Part shown: positions 52,807 to 64,000 of the stretch, piece after piece
How positions within the stretch are numbered: the first letter of the stretch is position 1
Layout: every line of letters starts with the position of its first letter
Program-made: the position numbers and the translations under genes
Assembly (NCBI RefSeq): GCF_036971445.1
Contig: NC_091481.1
Coordinates: 10,912,001 to 10,976,000, forward strand
DNA length: 64,000 nucleotides
Source: Narcine bancroftii
Taxonomy: Eukaryota
Direction: 5' to 3'
The notes under the pieces: generated by a model
The model's database searches: none
Seen by the model: only the letters and a program-made list of their open reading frames with translations
What the model was told of the DNA's origin: nothing

Positions 52807-53028
52807 AATCGCTCTACAGGCACACACAAAATGCTTCTGTGAACTACCTTGGAACATTTTTTAAATTTCACTTTAACTAGAAACCTTGTTGAAACTCAGG
52901 CAGCAGATCAATACCCAGTGTCCTCACAAATTATCTGTGAGCATTTTCACCTCATTATTTTATATCAGTAATTCAGTAAACATAGAAAGCAGATCATATC
53001 TTGAAATTACTGCAAGTCCCAGTTATTG
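52807..53028 (+). repeat. Composite local duplication (copy of 50973-51026 joined to copy of 54788-54966)
   Basis: Direct sequence comparison. Confidence 0.92.
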
Positions 53029-53284
53029 AGTGTGATTTAAAAAAAAAAGGAAAAGAGCCGAGTGCTTGCACGAGGCGTACAGCAGGAGTCCCATTTGGAA
53101 AGTTTTTGAAAATTCACACAAAATGATCAGTTTCAAGCCTCTTTTATTGCATTTCCAAGTAAAAACTGTCATTACAAAATTATTGACTTTGAAAATATTT
53201 ATCCTTACAGTGGTTTGTCAATTTATTCTTTTCTTTCTCCATGCCTTTTTGTTACCTTCATAGTGTGTTTGCTGCTTTATTCCT

Positions 53285-53980
53285 GGTTCCCGCTGCCGAC
53301 CGCCGGGAGCCCGGGGTTCCCGCTGCCGACCGCCGGGAGCCCGGGGTTCCCGCTGCCGACCGCCGGGAGCCCGGGGTTCCCGCTGCCGACCGCCGGGAGC
53401 CCGGGGTTCCCGCTGCCGACCGCCGGGAGCCCGGGGTTCCCGCTGCCGACCGCCGGGAGCCCGGGGTTCCCGCTGCCGACCGCCGGGAGCCCGGGGTTCC
53501 CGCTGCCGACCGCCGGGAGCCCGGGGTTCCCGCTGCCGACCGCCGGGAGCCCGGGGTTCCCGCTGCCGACCGCCGGGAGCCCGGGGTTCCCGCTGCCGAC
53601 CGCCGGGAGCCCGGGGTTCCCGCTGCCGACCGCCGGGAGCCCGGGGTTCCCGCTGCCGACCGCCGGGAGCCCGGGGTTCCCGCTGCCGACCGCCGGGAGC
53701 CCGGGGTTCCCGCTGCCGACCGCCGGGAGCCCGGGGTTCCCGCTGCCGACCGCCGGGAGCCCGGGGTTCCCGCTGCCGACCGCCGGGAGCCCGGGGTTCC
53801 CGCTGCCGACCGCCGGGAGCCCGGGGTTCCCGCTGCCGACCGCCGGGAGCCCGGGGTTCCCGCTGCCGACCGCCGGGAGCCCGGGGTTCCCGCTGCCGAC
53901 TGCCGGGAGCCCGGGGTTCCCGCTACCGACCGCCGGGAGTTCCCGCTGCCGACCGCCGGGAGCCCGGGATTCCCGTTGCA
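53285..53980. repeat. 30-bp GC-rich minisatellite, about 23 units (GGTTCCCGCTGCCGACCGCCGGGAGCCCGG)
   Basis: 20 identical units (53285-53884) followed by 3 variant units. Confidence 0.98.
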
Positions 53981-54702
53981 CCTCTGCTTGAAAGTAGCAG
54001 TGAGAAGACAAATGGGCTCTGATCTGAGCTCCTGAACACGGAAATCATTCAAAAACATGGACAACGGATTTTAAAAACACAGAAACACAGAAAATTTACA
54101 TGCCTACAATACCTACTTTGTGAGAGGACAGCTTTCAGCCACAGATGTGGTGTGACCCCTAGAATGAAGTGCAGTTCCATCTACTGGATTGCCAATGTAA
54201 TGAGGCTGCATGCTTAAGAGAGGGGATTAAGATTTGAAATGATCTAGCTAAAATTGATGGAAGCAGAATCCTATACAAATTTAGGGGAAGTAAACTATTT
54301 TAATAATAAATACTAAAGGGGAAAGGGACAAACTAATATGATGATTGAACACCTCTTCCTGCTTCCCCAATATCAGCAAAGACAATTGGTATTTCCCCCC
54401 TACACATAAACTTCGGAATTATTTTAAAAAAATGTGTCCCAAAGTTGCTGAATTTTTCTGCTCTTCGACGGCTGTGTAAAATATGCCTAATGAGACACAA
54501 ACTGGTCTCCTAATGAAGATCATCAGACCAAGGGAAGGAAATGAGGCATATACAAAGGATCTTTTGCATTTTTCCCAAAATAGATGACAAAAGTAACATG
54601 ACAGTAAAACCCACATGCCCAGCGACTCCATCATGTTACAAATTAGCCCTCTAGCATTTAATACTGACAAGCAGAATTAGGAGAGCAAGTGGATGTACTC
54701 AC

Positions 54703-54761
54703 CAATATACCACAAGGGCCAGTAGTTGATGCTATAGAATTTATACAGCAATTTGCCAGTC
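54703..54761 (-). CDS. TMEM209: TMEM209 coding exon 2 (TGKLLYKFYSINYWPLWYI)
   Basis: ctttgcag / GTGAGT; 59 nt. Confidence 0.93.
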
Positions 54762-57086
54762 CTGCAAAGAAAGGTTTGAAAAGCCACTTTTTAAATTTTC
54801 ACTTTAACTGGAAACCATTTACCTTGTTGAAACTCAGGCAGCATATCAATACCCAGTGTCCTCACAAATTATCTGTGAGCATTTTCACCTCATTATTTTA
54901 TATCAGTAATTCAGTAAACATAGAAAGCAGATCATATCTTGAAATTACTGCAAGTCCCAGTTATTGGCTGATTAACTCGAATATGGGAACATGTATTATT
55001 GGGTACACGTAAATACAGTAATTTTCCATTGTCATTTCCTGTGGTATCTAGTGAATTCTATTTACTGTGAGGGATGCCATACAGTGAAATTCAATAGATG
55101 GTGCGTGGCTGGAGCCAAGGTAAAGAACAGCAGAGGTCAGGAATGTGAATAGGTTTGCAGATGAAACCAGGATCTGAAGTATGGGCTGACCGTGCAGATG
55201 AAGCCAAGGTTCAGGATTGGGAACATCGTGAATCAGGAACATGGTACTTCTGCATTCAGAATCAGAGTATGGGCAGTTTGAATATTTCAGCTTGCGTTGG
55301 AAAGATAACTTAAACTACCCGAAACTTTCTAAACATTCTGTCCATAGAGGGATTAAATAGCATGTCATTGCTACTGACTTTCAAGACGTCCAAACATTAT
55401 TTTCAGAAAGTCTGTGCACCATCACTCACATATAACTTGGTGTATTATAGATCTTTTACAGAAGCTTTTACAACTTTCCTTATTATTCCTCCTCATTCCG
55501 CCAAAGTTTATTTTCTCTTGGTTTTCAGGTAGCTCAAAAAGCAAGATCAGATTTAAGAGATCATGGGTTAACCTGCTAAGGAACACTTAGCAGTCTGCTC
55601 AGGAAAGACAGAACAACCTCAACACTCACTCACAATCTATTAACTCTGGCAAGCCCAGAAGACAAGGCCAATTTTGAATTTACTTGGCTGCATTAAGCAA
55701 AATGGAACAACTCCATGAAAATAAAATCACCTGACCCTAATCTGCATGGCTCTGCTATTTACTGAGATACCAAGGGGAGAAACCATAGTCAACATTTCTC
55801 ATCTATCCTCCCACTATTTACACTTCCTCCAGGTAGATGAGTTGCTATTATTAAGCCTTCCAGTGTCTTTTTCCAGTCAATATCAATCTGCATCATCTCA
55901 TTTCCCTTCATTTTCACCCTCCTTTTCTCCATCTTCCACTTTGTACTTGTTTGCTCCATTTTTCACAGCTCTGAATAAGGTCACTGACTTTAAACATCAG
56001 GGGTTTACAAATTGGATTGTGACACGAGTTTAACCTTCCAATTTAAAAAAAACTGCACAGATAGGCAAACCACCTCACTGTGTAGCTGCTGCCAGTCAAT
56101 TTGAATCCAATCTATGGCTGCCCAGGTAGAAAATGACGTCAGCGCTTGTGTGCAATGGCCATCTTCCTTACCCTTAATTCCCTCCAAGCTGCTGAACGCC
56201 AGAGCTGTTCAAGCAGCGTGGAGGATTATGGGTAAGAAGGACAGCCATTGCTCCTGCCCCAACTCTGCTCCCTGCCAGCTCACTCCACTCCCCTGACAGT
56301 GTTCCGACCCCATGCTCGCACTGGCTCCAACAACGGCGCCGCCCTCCTCCCACCCTGATTCCACAACTTCCCTGGCCACTTACCGGGAACAGGAGATTCC
56401 CTGCGGGGCTTCCAGTAACGCAGTGAGTGCGTGACACATCACTCACCTCATCATCAAAGGGGTGGGAGTGCCTTAAATTGCCCAGTCACTATTCGACCTG
56501 GCAATTTAGGGTCCAGCGTGTAAGGAGCTGTAGGGGTTCGCTGCACGGGTATGATACATGGGTCCCAAGCAGCCCCAGTTTTAAAATGCCAAGTAACTCC
56601 ACAGATTATACCTGTACTGCTATTTCAGTATTATGACCACAGGGAGATACAGCACAGAAACAAATCTTTTGTATGACCATCAACAAGACTGGCTGAAGGG
56701 GTACCAGGAATCGGAACCAGGATGCAAGAGGGTGCTGAAGGATTCCTGATCGTGTCAGAGGTTCGGATCTGGAGCTCGGGTCTGGACTGGATTTGGACTG
56801 AAGTCTGTGTGGCTGTGGAGGCTGCGGGAGTGCTGGAGGCACATTGTATAAAGGTTTTTTGCACTACCAATAAGTAGTAATTCTGCCTCACCCATAGGAA
56901 AAAAGAATCTCAGGGTTGTATGTTATGTCATGCATGTACTCTGACAATAAATCTTTAATCTAATCTGAGTATAATGAATAACACCACTATTTCAGTGTCC
57001 TTGGTTGTGAAATGAACAATTTTCTCTTTGATGTGAAGTACAATGGTTTTGGCGATAATTGAAACAAAAACAGAATCAACAACTTA

Positions 57087-57314
<228 letters not shown>

Positions 57315-57344
57315 CTAGGGATTGAAAGTACCACCTTTTTAAAA

Positions 57345-57560
57345 AAAATTTAGACATACAGCACAGTCGCCCAATTTACACCCCATTAACCTCCACCCCC
57401 AGTACATTTTGAACGGTGGGAGGAAACCGGAGCCCCCAGAGAAAACCCACACAGACACTGGGAGAGCGTACACACCCCTCACAGACAGCACGGGAGTCGA
57501 ACCCCAGTCCAGTCTCCATCATTGGCGCTGTAAACACACTGCATTAACCGCTACGCCAAC
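57345..57560 (-). mobile_element. tRNA-derived SINE (HE1-like)
   Basis: Similar to 7905-8170. Confidence 0.72.
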
Positions 57561-58422
57561 AATGGCATTGGTGTTTCAGTAGACCCAGTGATGATCTTGT
57601 TCACAAACCTTGCTCATATCAAACAAGTAAAAATCATATCTTGATGATGGATTCAAGCCAGAAACATTGGTTATGAATCTTTATCTTTGCAATATAAAGT
57701 ACACTGTTTGACCTGCTGAGTTTCTCCAGCCTTGTGTTTTTACTTCAACCAGTATCTGCAGACTTTTGTGTTTTACTTCATGTCAAACAAGTGTGCTTTG
57801 ATTACAAGACATCATAACCTACCTATTCCAACAATGATCATCACTCCCAACCTCACTGAAGACCTTCAGATGGACCACAGAGAACATACAAGCCCGAAGT
57901 AGGACACAAAACCCTTCTCAACTGAAACCAGTGCTCTGTGGTTAGTAAGGGATTACTTAAACTGCTATATGAGTGGGAAAAGGTTAGGAGTCAGCGACCC
58001 AAACTGCATTAGTCTTTCACTGATGTTTCGTCCTCTTGTTTAGCAAGAGTTCATATTCAAAGACTTTGCTTCCAAAGTTAGCTGGAGGAGCAGGTAGTGC
58101 AGAGGAAACACGAGGCTACAGAAGGACTTAGATTAAGAGATGTCAATATGTCAGAAAGTGTAAAGTCATGCACTTTGATATAAAAAAATAAACAAGCATG
58201 AATAGGGAGAAAATTGAAAAGTCCCAGATGGGAGATCTTTGCAGAAGGTAAACTTGCATTTTGAGACGGCGGTGAAGAAGGCAAATGCAATGCTGGCATT
58301 CATTTCAAGAGGAATAGAATACAAAGACAGGGATGTGATGTTAAGGCTCTATAAGACACTGGTGAGACCCTACAGAGTATTGTGAGCAGTTTTGGGCTCC
58401 TCACTTAAGAAAGGATGTGCTT

Positions 58423-59103
58423 TCATATGTTCTGTGAGGGTCCAGAATGACAAAAATATGGGGAACAATTATTGAAACTCTAAGTCCACTTAGGTTCTTA
58501 GGATTAAATTAGAACCATGTTCTTTTTATTGCTTGGTTTAGTTATTCTTCAGGAGAGGATTTCCTTGAATTCAACTCAAAAAATAATAGTAGCTCTTACT
58601 TCATTGATGGCCAGATGAGCAATTTGGATCAGATGGAAAGACATCAAAGCTCCAACTCATACGCAATGGTTACAGGATGTTATGTCTTGCTTGAGTATGG
58701 ATAAAATTAGATCTAATGTTCAAGAGATAAAGGTTGAATTTGACAAGATATGGGGCTATTCATAGCCTATTATTGTAATTTGATTACTTAGGCAGGGGTG
58801 CTCTGGGGGTTTTTTGTACAATGTCTGTGTTTAGTGGGAGGGGCTAGATTCATATGTTTTTTTTTAATTTTGTTTTTTTATATAACTAGAGAGATTGGTC
58901 TATTTAATCACAATGTATATCTCGACATTAGAATACGAATTGAAATTCTCATAAGGATATTTTACCTTTTTTTGAGAATTATACAAGGTATAATTGATGT
59001 GACTCATATTCTGTGCTGCACTGGAGAAAAGCTATTTCATTAATATCTAAACAATATATACAAGTAACATTTCTCTCCATAAAATTAATTAAAATGTTTT
59101 AAA
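58423..59103 (+). mobile_element. L1-type 3' fragment with a 16-bp TSD
   Basis: AAGAAAGGATGTGCTT at 58407-58422 and 59104-59119; TT|AAGA endonuclease-type site; A-rich tail. Confidence 0.75.
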
Positions 59104-59326
59104 AAGAAAGGATGTGCTTACATTGGAGAAGATTCAAAGAAGGTTCACTAGGACGATTCTGGGAATTAAAGGGTTAACATACAAGGAGCATTTGGCCACT
59201 CTTGGTCTGTATTCATTGGAACTTCGGAGAATGAGGAGGAGATCTCATTGAAACATTTTGAATATTGAAAGGTGTAGACAAGAGTAGATGTAAAAAAGTT
59301 GTTTCCCACAGTGGGAGAGTCTGGAA

Positions 59327-59457
59327 CAGTGGTTCTCAATCTTTTTCTTTCCACTCACATACCTCCTTAAGCAATCCCTTACTAATTAGAGAGGACTGAT
59401 GGCATAGGGATTACTTAAAGAGGTATGAGCGTGGAAAGAAAAGGTTGAGAACCACCA
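59327..59457. mobile_element. hAT-Charlie-type palindromic MITE
   Basis: CAGTGGTTCTCAA ... TTGAGAACCAC TIRs; 8-bp TSD GTCTGGAA/GTCTCGAA. Confidence 0.85.
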
Positions 59458-59859
59458 GTCTCGAACAAGAGGGCACAACTACAGGATTAAAGGGTGTCCA
59501 CTTAGAAAAGAAATGCAGAGTAATTTCTTCAGCCAAAGGGTGGTAAACCTGTAGATTTTTTTAAACAAACCACAGACAGTTGTGGAGGCCAGGTCATTGG
59601 GTGCATTTAAGGAAGAGATTGATAAATTCTTGATTAGCCGGGGGGGTCAAAGGTTTTGGGGAGAAAATCAGGTGATGGGCCTGAGTGGGGAAATACATCA
59701 GCCCATGATTGAATAGTGGGGCAGACTCGATGGGCTGAATAGCCTATTTCTGCTCCGAGGTCTTCTACCCTTCCAAAGATTCACCTCATTTTCCTTGAAT
59801 CAAGGGACAGGACAGGGAAATGGAGCTGGACAGATCTGCTGTGATCAAATGAGTGGAGG

Positions 59860-60330
59860 AGCAGGTCCACAGACAACGGGCTCGTCCTGGTCCCTTCCCG
59901 ACTGAACTCCAGCCCTGGCCAAACTCGACCGCGGCCCATCTCCCTGCTGGCGCCCGCTCTCCAGCTCACCCCGCCGGGAGATGGAGACTCCCCGGCTTCC
60001 CTCCACCCTCGGCCTCATTACTTGCCTTCACGTTACTCACCTCACTCCAGCCCCGCCGGCCGCCACCGGAAGTACACTTCCCCTCCAAGACGGCATGGTC
60101 CTGACGTCAAGAAACGGACGTGGAATCGTAACACGTGACCACGGTGCTCCCCGGACACGCCCGTGTGCGCCCTCTGCCGCCCGAGTGCATCCATTGCAAG
60201 CGTCTCCGCTGTCCACACGCCGGGTTCCAGCCTGTCAATCATCACCGGGCCCAGGCGATGTCCCTTCTGCACCCCTCGCCATCCCACCAGCACCCTGCAA
60301 CGATGCATACCCACCACTATCTTACGCACA
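59860..60330. promoter_or_regulatory. TMEM209: CpG island / TMEM209 promoter and probable non-coding first exon (donor GAG|GTGAGT after 60041 on minus)
   Basis: CpG-rich; ETS CCGGAAGT 60066-60073, palindromic CRE TGACGTCA 60102-60109, E-box CACGTGAC 60132-60139. Confidence 0.72.
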
Positions 60331-60780
60331 CGGCATTTAGACCATAGAACATTGCAGTAGAGAAACAGGCCCTTCAGCCCTTCTAGTCTATGCCAAACTA
60401 GTTTCTGCCTAATCCCACTGGCCTGTATTCAGTCCATCGCCCACCATTCCTCTCCTATCCATGTATCTGTCAAAATTCTTCTTAAATGTCAAATTTGAAC
60501 CTGCATTCACCACTCACGGGAAAGGCCACGTCTGATTTGTTATCAGACAATTCACTTCACCCCAATGTGTTATGTATTATTATTCCCATTAACAGCCAAT
60601 GAAGAAACAAAAAAAAAGATTAACCTTAGGGTTATAAAACAAAATATTCCTAATGACTAATTTCAAAGGTAACAACTGTCAGTTTTGTTTGCCATTTGTT
60701 GACAATAAAGGCATATTAACAGAACTAAAATGTTTATATAGCATTTTCATTTCAATGTCACAATGCAATGCCAACAATAA

Positions 60781-61580
60781 CACTGGACAACAAATTTTTT
60801 CAGGTTTGCTTCCTGAAAAAAGTTGGGGATTATGATAGACAAATTCAAGCTGAACACAAAGATCATTTCAGATTTGTTGATTCACATCAGAAGTTAGAGA
60901 AACATTAAATGAACTTTTATTGAATTTAGTATGTTTCATCACATAATGATGCTGACCCAAGCTCCTTGGTTAACTGCACATGTGGCACAACAAATGTGAG
61001 GAGCCCAGGGTGTGTCTTGGTCACTTATTTTACAACTGAAGTAGAGTTCATAGGCTTTCTTAATAAGTGCAGTTATGCTGCATCTTTGAGTCTTCAGTAT
61101 CTCCTCGCCACAAATGTAAAAGAATGTATCGCGGCTGTTGCGACATTGACAAGGCATTTCAACTGTATTGGGTCTTCCTGAAGACAACAAATGCTATTGT
61201 TAATTACACTCACTTTAATATTGCCTAAAGAACATGTGCATCAACATCTGTTCAGTCTATAATCAACGTAATGCACAGCATCTGTATATGTGAGCTGCTT
61301 TTATAGCCTGTCAGCATCTATCCTGAATAAGCATGCCCAGGCCCAAGACAGCATTTGTATAGCCCCTGCACTGAGTGCATGCCCAGGCATACTTGAACTG
61401 ATCAAAACAGCTTGCTTTGTGGGAAATATACACATAGACTTAAAATATGAAACAAAATCATAAAAATAGGCTTCATCTAAAAAAAGGTACATGATCGTAA
61501 CATTTTAAGGTGATTTTTGTGATCAGCAGTCAAAAATCCATATAATATAACCAAAGATATTCAGAAAGCAAATTCCGACT
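60781..61580 (-). mobile_element. Chapaev3 (CMC) DNA transposon deletion derivative with transposase N-terminal zinc finger
   Basis: CRNSRDTFFYICG...YELYFSCKISDQDTPWAPHICCATC in ORF 60939-61190; terminus CACTGGACAACAAATTT at 60781. Confidence 0.7.
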
Positions 61581-61799
61581 CCTATTTATAGAACTTTGAA
61601 GGCTGCTCTTCAAAAATAACCATATAACCACTCACAGCACAGAACAGGCCAGTTCGGCCCTACTAGTCCATGCCGTAGCAAATCCCCACCCTCCTAGTCC
61701 CACTGACCAGCACCCAGTCCATACCCCTCTAGTCCCCTCCTATCCATGTAAAATGAGGATGTTTCCATCATACTGAGCCTTGAATTATTGTCAATATGA

Positions 61800-62350
61800 T
61801 TTCAAATTTCAGATTTATTGTCAGAGAACATATATGACATCACATACAACCCTGAGATTCTTTTTCCTGTGAGCAAGACAGAATTATCACTTATTAGTTA
61901 TGCAAAAGAGATACACACAACATACATGTAAACAAATAAAGAAATGTAAACAAACTGCAATGCAGAAAGGATAAAAAAAAACAATCAATAAAGTTCAAAA
62001 GTAAGAGTCCTTAAATGAGTCCCAGAGTTTGTTGTTGAGGAGTCTGATGGTGGAGGGGTAGCAGCTGTTCCTGAACCTGGTGGTGTGAGTCTTGTGATAC
62101 CTGTACCTCTTTCCTAATGGTAGCAGCAAGAACAAAGCGTGTGCTGGGTGGTGTGGATCTTTGATGACAGCAGCATTTCCCCCTCGATAGTCTCAATGGT
62201 GGGGAGGGCTTTTCCTGTGATGTCCTGGGCTGCATCCACTACCTTTTGCAGAGCTTTATGGTCAGGGGTATTGGTCTCCCCATACCAGACCGTGATGCAG
62301 CTGGTCAGCACATTTTCCACCACAACTCTGCAGAAATTTGCCAGGGTTTA
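61800..62350 (-). mobile_element. Rex1/Babar LINE 3' fragment
   Basis: ENVLTSCITVWYG...KALQKVVDAAQDITGKALP is a typical Rex1 post-RT motif. Confidence 0.75.
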
Positions 62351-62458
62351 TGCTGTTTATTGTGTTAAGTTACAAGGACAATTGCCCTTAAGTATTCTAT
62401 TTATTTGCACGTCATTACCTAGAAAGGTAAATAGTTTTGATGCAAAAAATCAGTTTGT

Positions 62459-62547
62459 GTGGGAATTATTCCACCTTCCTGCAGGTGAATGCCAGTCATT
62501 AATCTCTGGGCAAAGAGGCCATCTCTGCAGCTACCACCCTTTAAATA
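62459..62547 (+). promoter_or_regulatory. Pancreatic acinar promoter: bipartite PTF1 site (GTGGGAA 62459-62465 and CAGGTG 62482-62487) plus TATA-like TTTAAATA 62540-62547
   Basis: On the minus strand CACCTG-N16-TTCCCAC, about two helical turns apart, just upstream of a digestive-enzyme ATG. Confidence 0.65.
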
Positions 62548-62582
62548 CAGACAGGACGTTGTGTTTGTCCACAAGAGTCACC

Positions 62583-62647
62583 ATGAGGAAGATTTTGGTT
62601 TTCTCTGTTCTGCTGGTGGCCGTTTGTGCTCAGGGAGGATTTGAGGG
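62583..62647 (+). CDS. Carboxypeptidase A (CPA1/CPA2-like) exon 1, signal peptide MRKILVFSVLLVAVCAQGGFEG
   Basis: Kozak caccATG, hydrophobic signal peptide, GG|GTGAGT donor, 65 nt. Confidence 0.88.
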
Positions 62648-62845
62648 GTGAGTCTTTTCCCTGTGACTGAGTAAATATTCAGCAGGTTCATTGATATTAG
62701 TTTGTCCACATCAGATTAATCTGTGGCTGATCTTTATGTGGAGCTCTAAAGATACCAGATCTCCTGTTCAATTTGTGATGAGTTAATTCACATCGGCTGG
62801 TGGATTGTGTGGCTTTGACCTCTGGAATTAGTGGATGTAGGTGTT

Positions 62846-62968
62846 TGAGGGGTATAGGGATAGGAGGCAGATAGGGAAAGGAGAGGGGATGGTAGGGGGA
62901 TAGGGATAGGAGGGGGATAGGGATCAGAGGGGGTATGGGACCGATACATGAGGGGGGTGTAAGGTGGG
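62846..62968 (+). repeat. G-rich low-complexity tract (GGGATA/GGGGGA) in CPA intron 1
   Basis: Many G3-G6 runs read directly. Confidence 0.7.
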
Positions 62969-63532
62969 ATCTCATACTTTATAAGATACAAATGTTCGAA
63001 AGGTATCAAGTGATAGAAGCAGATACCCTGCAATAGATAAGAAATATTTTGATAAGAACTTGAAATATTGTGGAATGGAAGATTACAAGCTGAGTCCTAG
63101 AAAATAGCATTGGAATAGACAGCACAGACATGAAGGACCAAAGGGAAACTCCGATGCTGTTTGATCCACATTAAAAATTTCCATCCAATGTAGCAAATAT
63201 TTCACAAGATGAAACAAGAAAGTGACATTCACTGAACCCCACCATTCACTGAACTCGGTTAAAGAGGAGACTTCATACAGAAAAAAAAAGTTGAGGGGAT
63301 TCCAGAATTTAAAGTGTTTATGGCAAGGATGCGAGAGACAATGAGTGAGAAATTAAATGAAAGGGTGCTTCAGAGGCCAGAGGTAGAGAGACGTTTCAAA
63401 AGATTATGGATTGGGGAAGGTGAAGAGATGGGGAGGATGAGACGATGTACATTCTGACAAAATGTTAATCTCCCATTCTTAATGATTAATAAAAGGCTCA
63501 AGAGTGAAATATTGTCACTGGTCTACTCACAG

Positions 63533-63614
63533 AGATCAAGTACTCCGGATTACACTCAGAGATGAGGAACAAGCTAGCCTGGTGATGTCCATGGAGGAAC
63601 AGGATCATCTCCAG
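63533..63614 (+). CDS. Carboxypeptidase A exon 2, activation peptide (GDQVLRITLRDEEQASLVMSMEEQDHLQ); gene continues beyond the right edge
   Basis: cacag acceptor, CAG|GTGAGA donor, 82 nt in phase; F-x-G-DQVLRI motif of M14A propeptides. Confidence 0.88.
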
Positions 63615-63659
63615 GTGAGACAGTGGGAAAGGTCATGTCGCTTTGAGCATCAGGTGGAG

Positions 63660-64000
63660 TGGAAATGTCTGGGAACCCTTCTCACGAGTATTCCTTGCAC
63701 CTCCATCTCCCATAATTAAGGCCTCAAAGCCCTTTGTTTCCTTCTGGACAATAGAAGCACCAGCCCCCTCAACCACCACCCTCCTCTGGCTGGCAGACAT
63801 TGTCCTTATCATCAATAATTTCTCCTTCAACTCATCCCACTTTCTCCAGGCTAAAGGGGTAGCCATGGGTTCCTGCAAGAGTACCCATGCTACAAGCCAA
63901 CAAAGACAAGGCTCCTCAACTCTTCCTCCACTACAATGATGACTACTTTGGTACTGCCTCATGCACCCATGATGAGCTCACTAAGTTCATCCACTTTGCT
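63660..64000 (+). mobile_element. Penelope-like RT fragment
   Basis: TTTLLWLADIVLIINNFSFNSSHFLQAKGVAMGS matches the PLE RT motif. Confidence 0.75.

Larger units (their letters stand above)
58120..59762 (+). mobile_element. CR1/HER1 LINE 3' part hosting two later insertions
   Basis: Homologous to 945-1572 on both sides of the inserts. Confidence 0.8.

Noticed and set aside
52807-53028. Reinserted intron lariat as the origin of the composite duplication
   Set aside because: One donor ends near the branch-point region of an intron, but the other does not start at a 5' splice site.
53285-53980. CRISPR-like array (30-bp hairpin repeat)
   Set aside because: Units are contiguous with no unique spacers, there are no cas genes, and the context is eukaryotic.
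53215-54064. Four long overlapping ORFs (244-268 aa; collagen-like GSPGFP repeats)
   Set aside because: They are by-products of a stop-free 30-bp minisatellite inside a TMEM209 intron. There is no synonymous variation, no continuous Gly-X-Y periodicity and no splice support.
62139-62651. 170-aa ORF as one protein
   Set aside because: The 5' part is antisense Rex1 sequence and promoter; only 62583-62647 is the CPA signal-peptide exon.

Overview
Vertebrate nuclear DNA, not prokaryotic. The repeat inventory (HE1-like tRNA SINEs, HER1/CR1, L1/Tx1-like, Rex1/Babar, RTE-BovB-like, Penelope-like, Chapaev3) suggests a cartilaginous fish such as a ray or shark; this is an inference. Three spliced genes were rebuilt by hand from splice sites and reading-frame phase. 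(1) The 5' nine coding exons of an animal cation/H+ (Ca2+/H+) exchanger, cax1-like, on the minus strand, ATG at 24723, continuing past the left edge. (2) A complete TMEM209 on the minus strand: 14 coding exons, 57218 to 30339, 1677 nt, 558 aa, with two GC-AG introns and a CpG-island promoter near 60.1 kb. (3) The first two exons of a pancreatic carboxypeptidase A on the plus strand (ATG 62583), with a PTF1-type E-box/TC-box promoter. Most other ORFs in the track are transposon remnants or chance ORFs. The most notable oddities are inverted young L1 copies bracketing cax1 exons (one bracketed block is an in-frame 621-nt circRNA candidate), an RTE-L1 chimera inside one target-site duplication, a locally templated two-donor insertion next to a near-perfect 30-bp CpG-rich hairpin minisatellite in TMEM209 intron 3, and hammerhead-like motifs at Penelope ends. 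I did not find a convincing wholly new multi-gene system. Family names come from recalled protein and repeat motifs, not from database searches.
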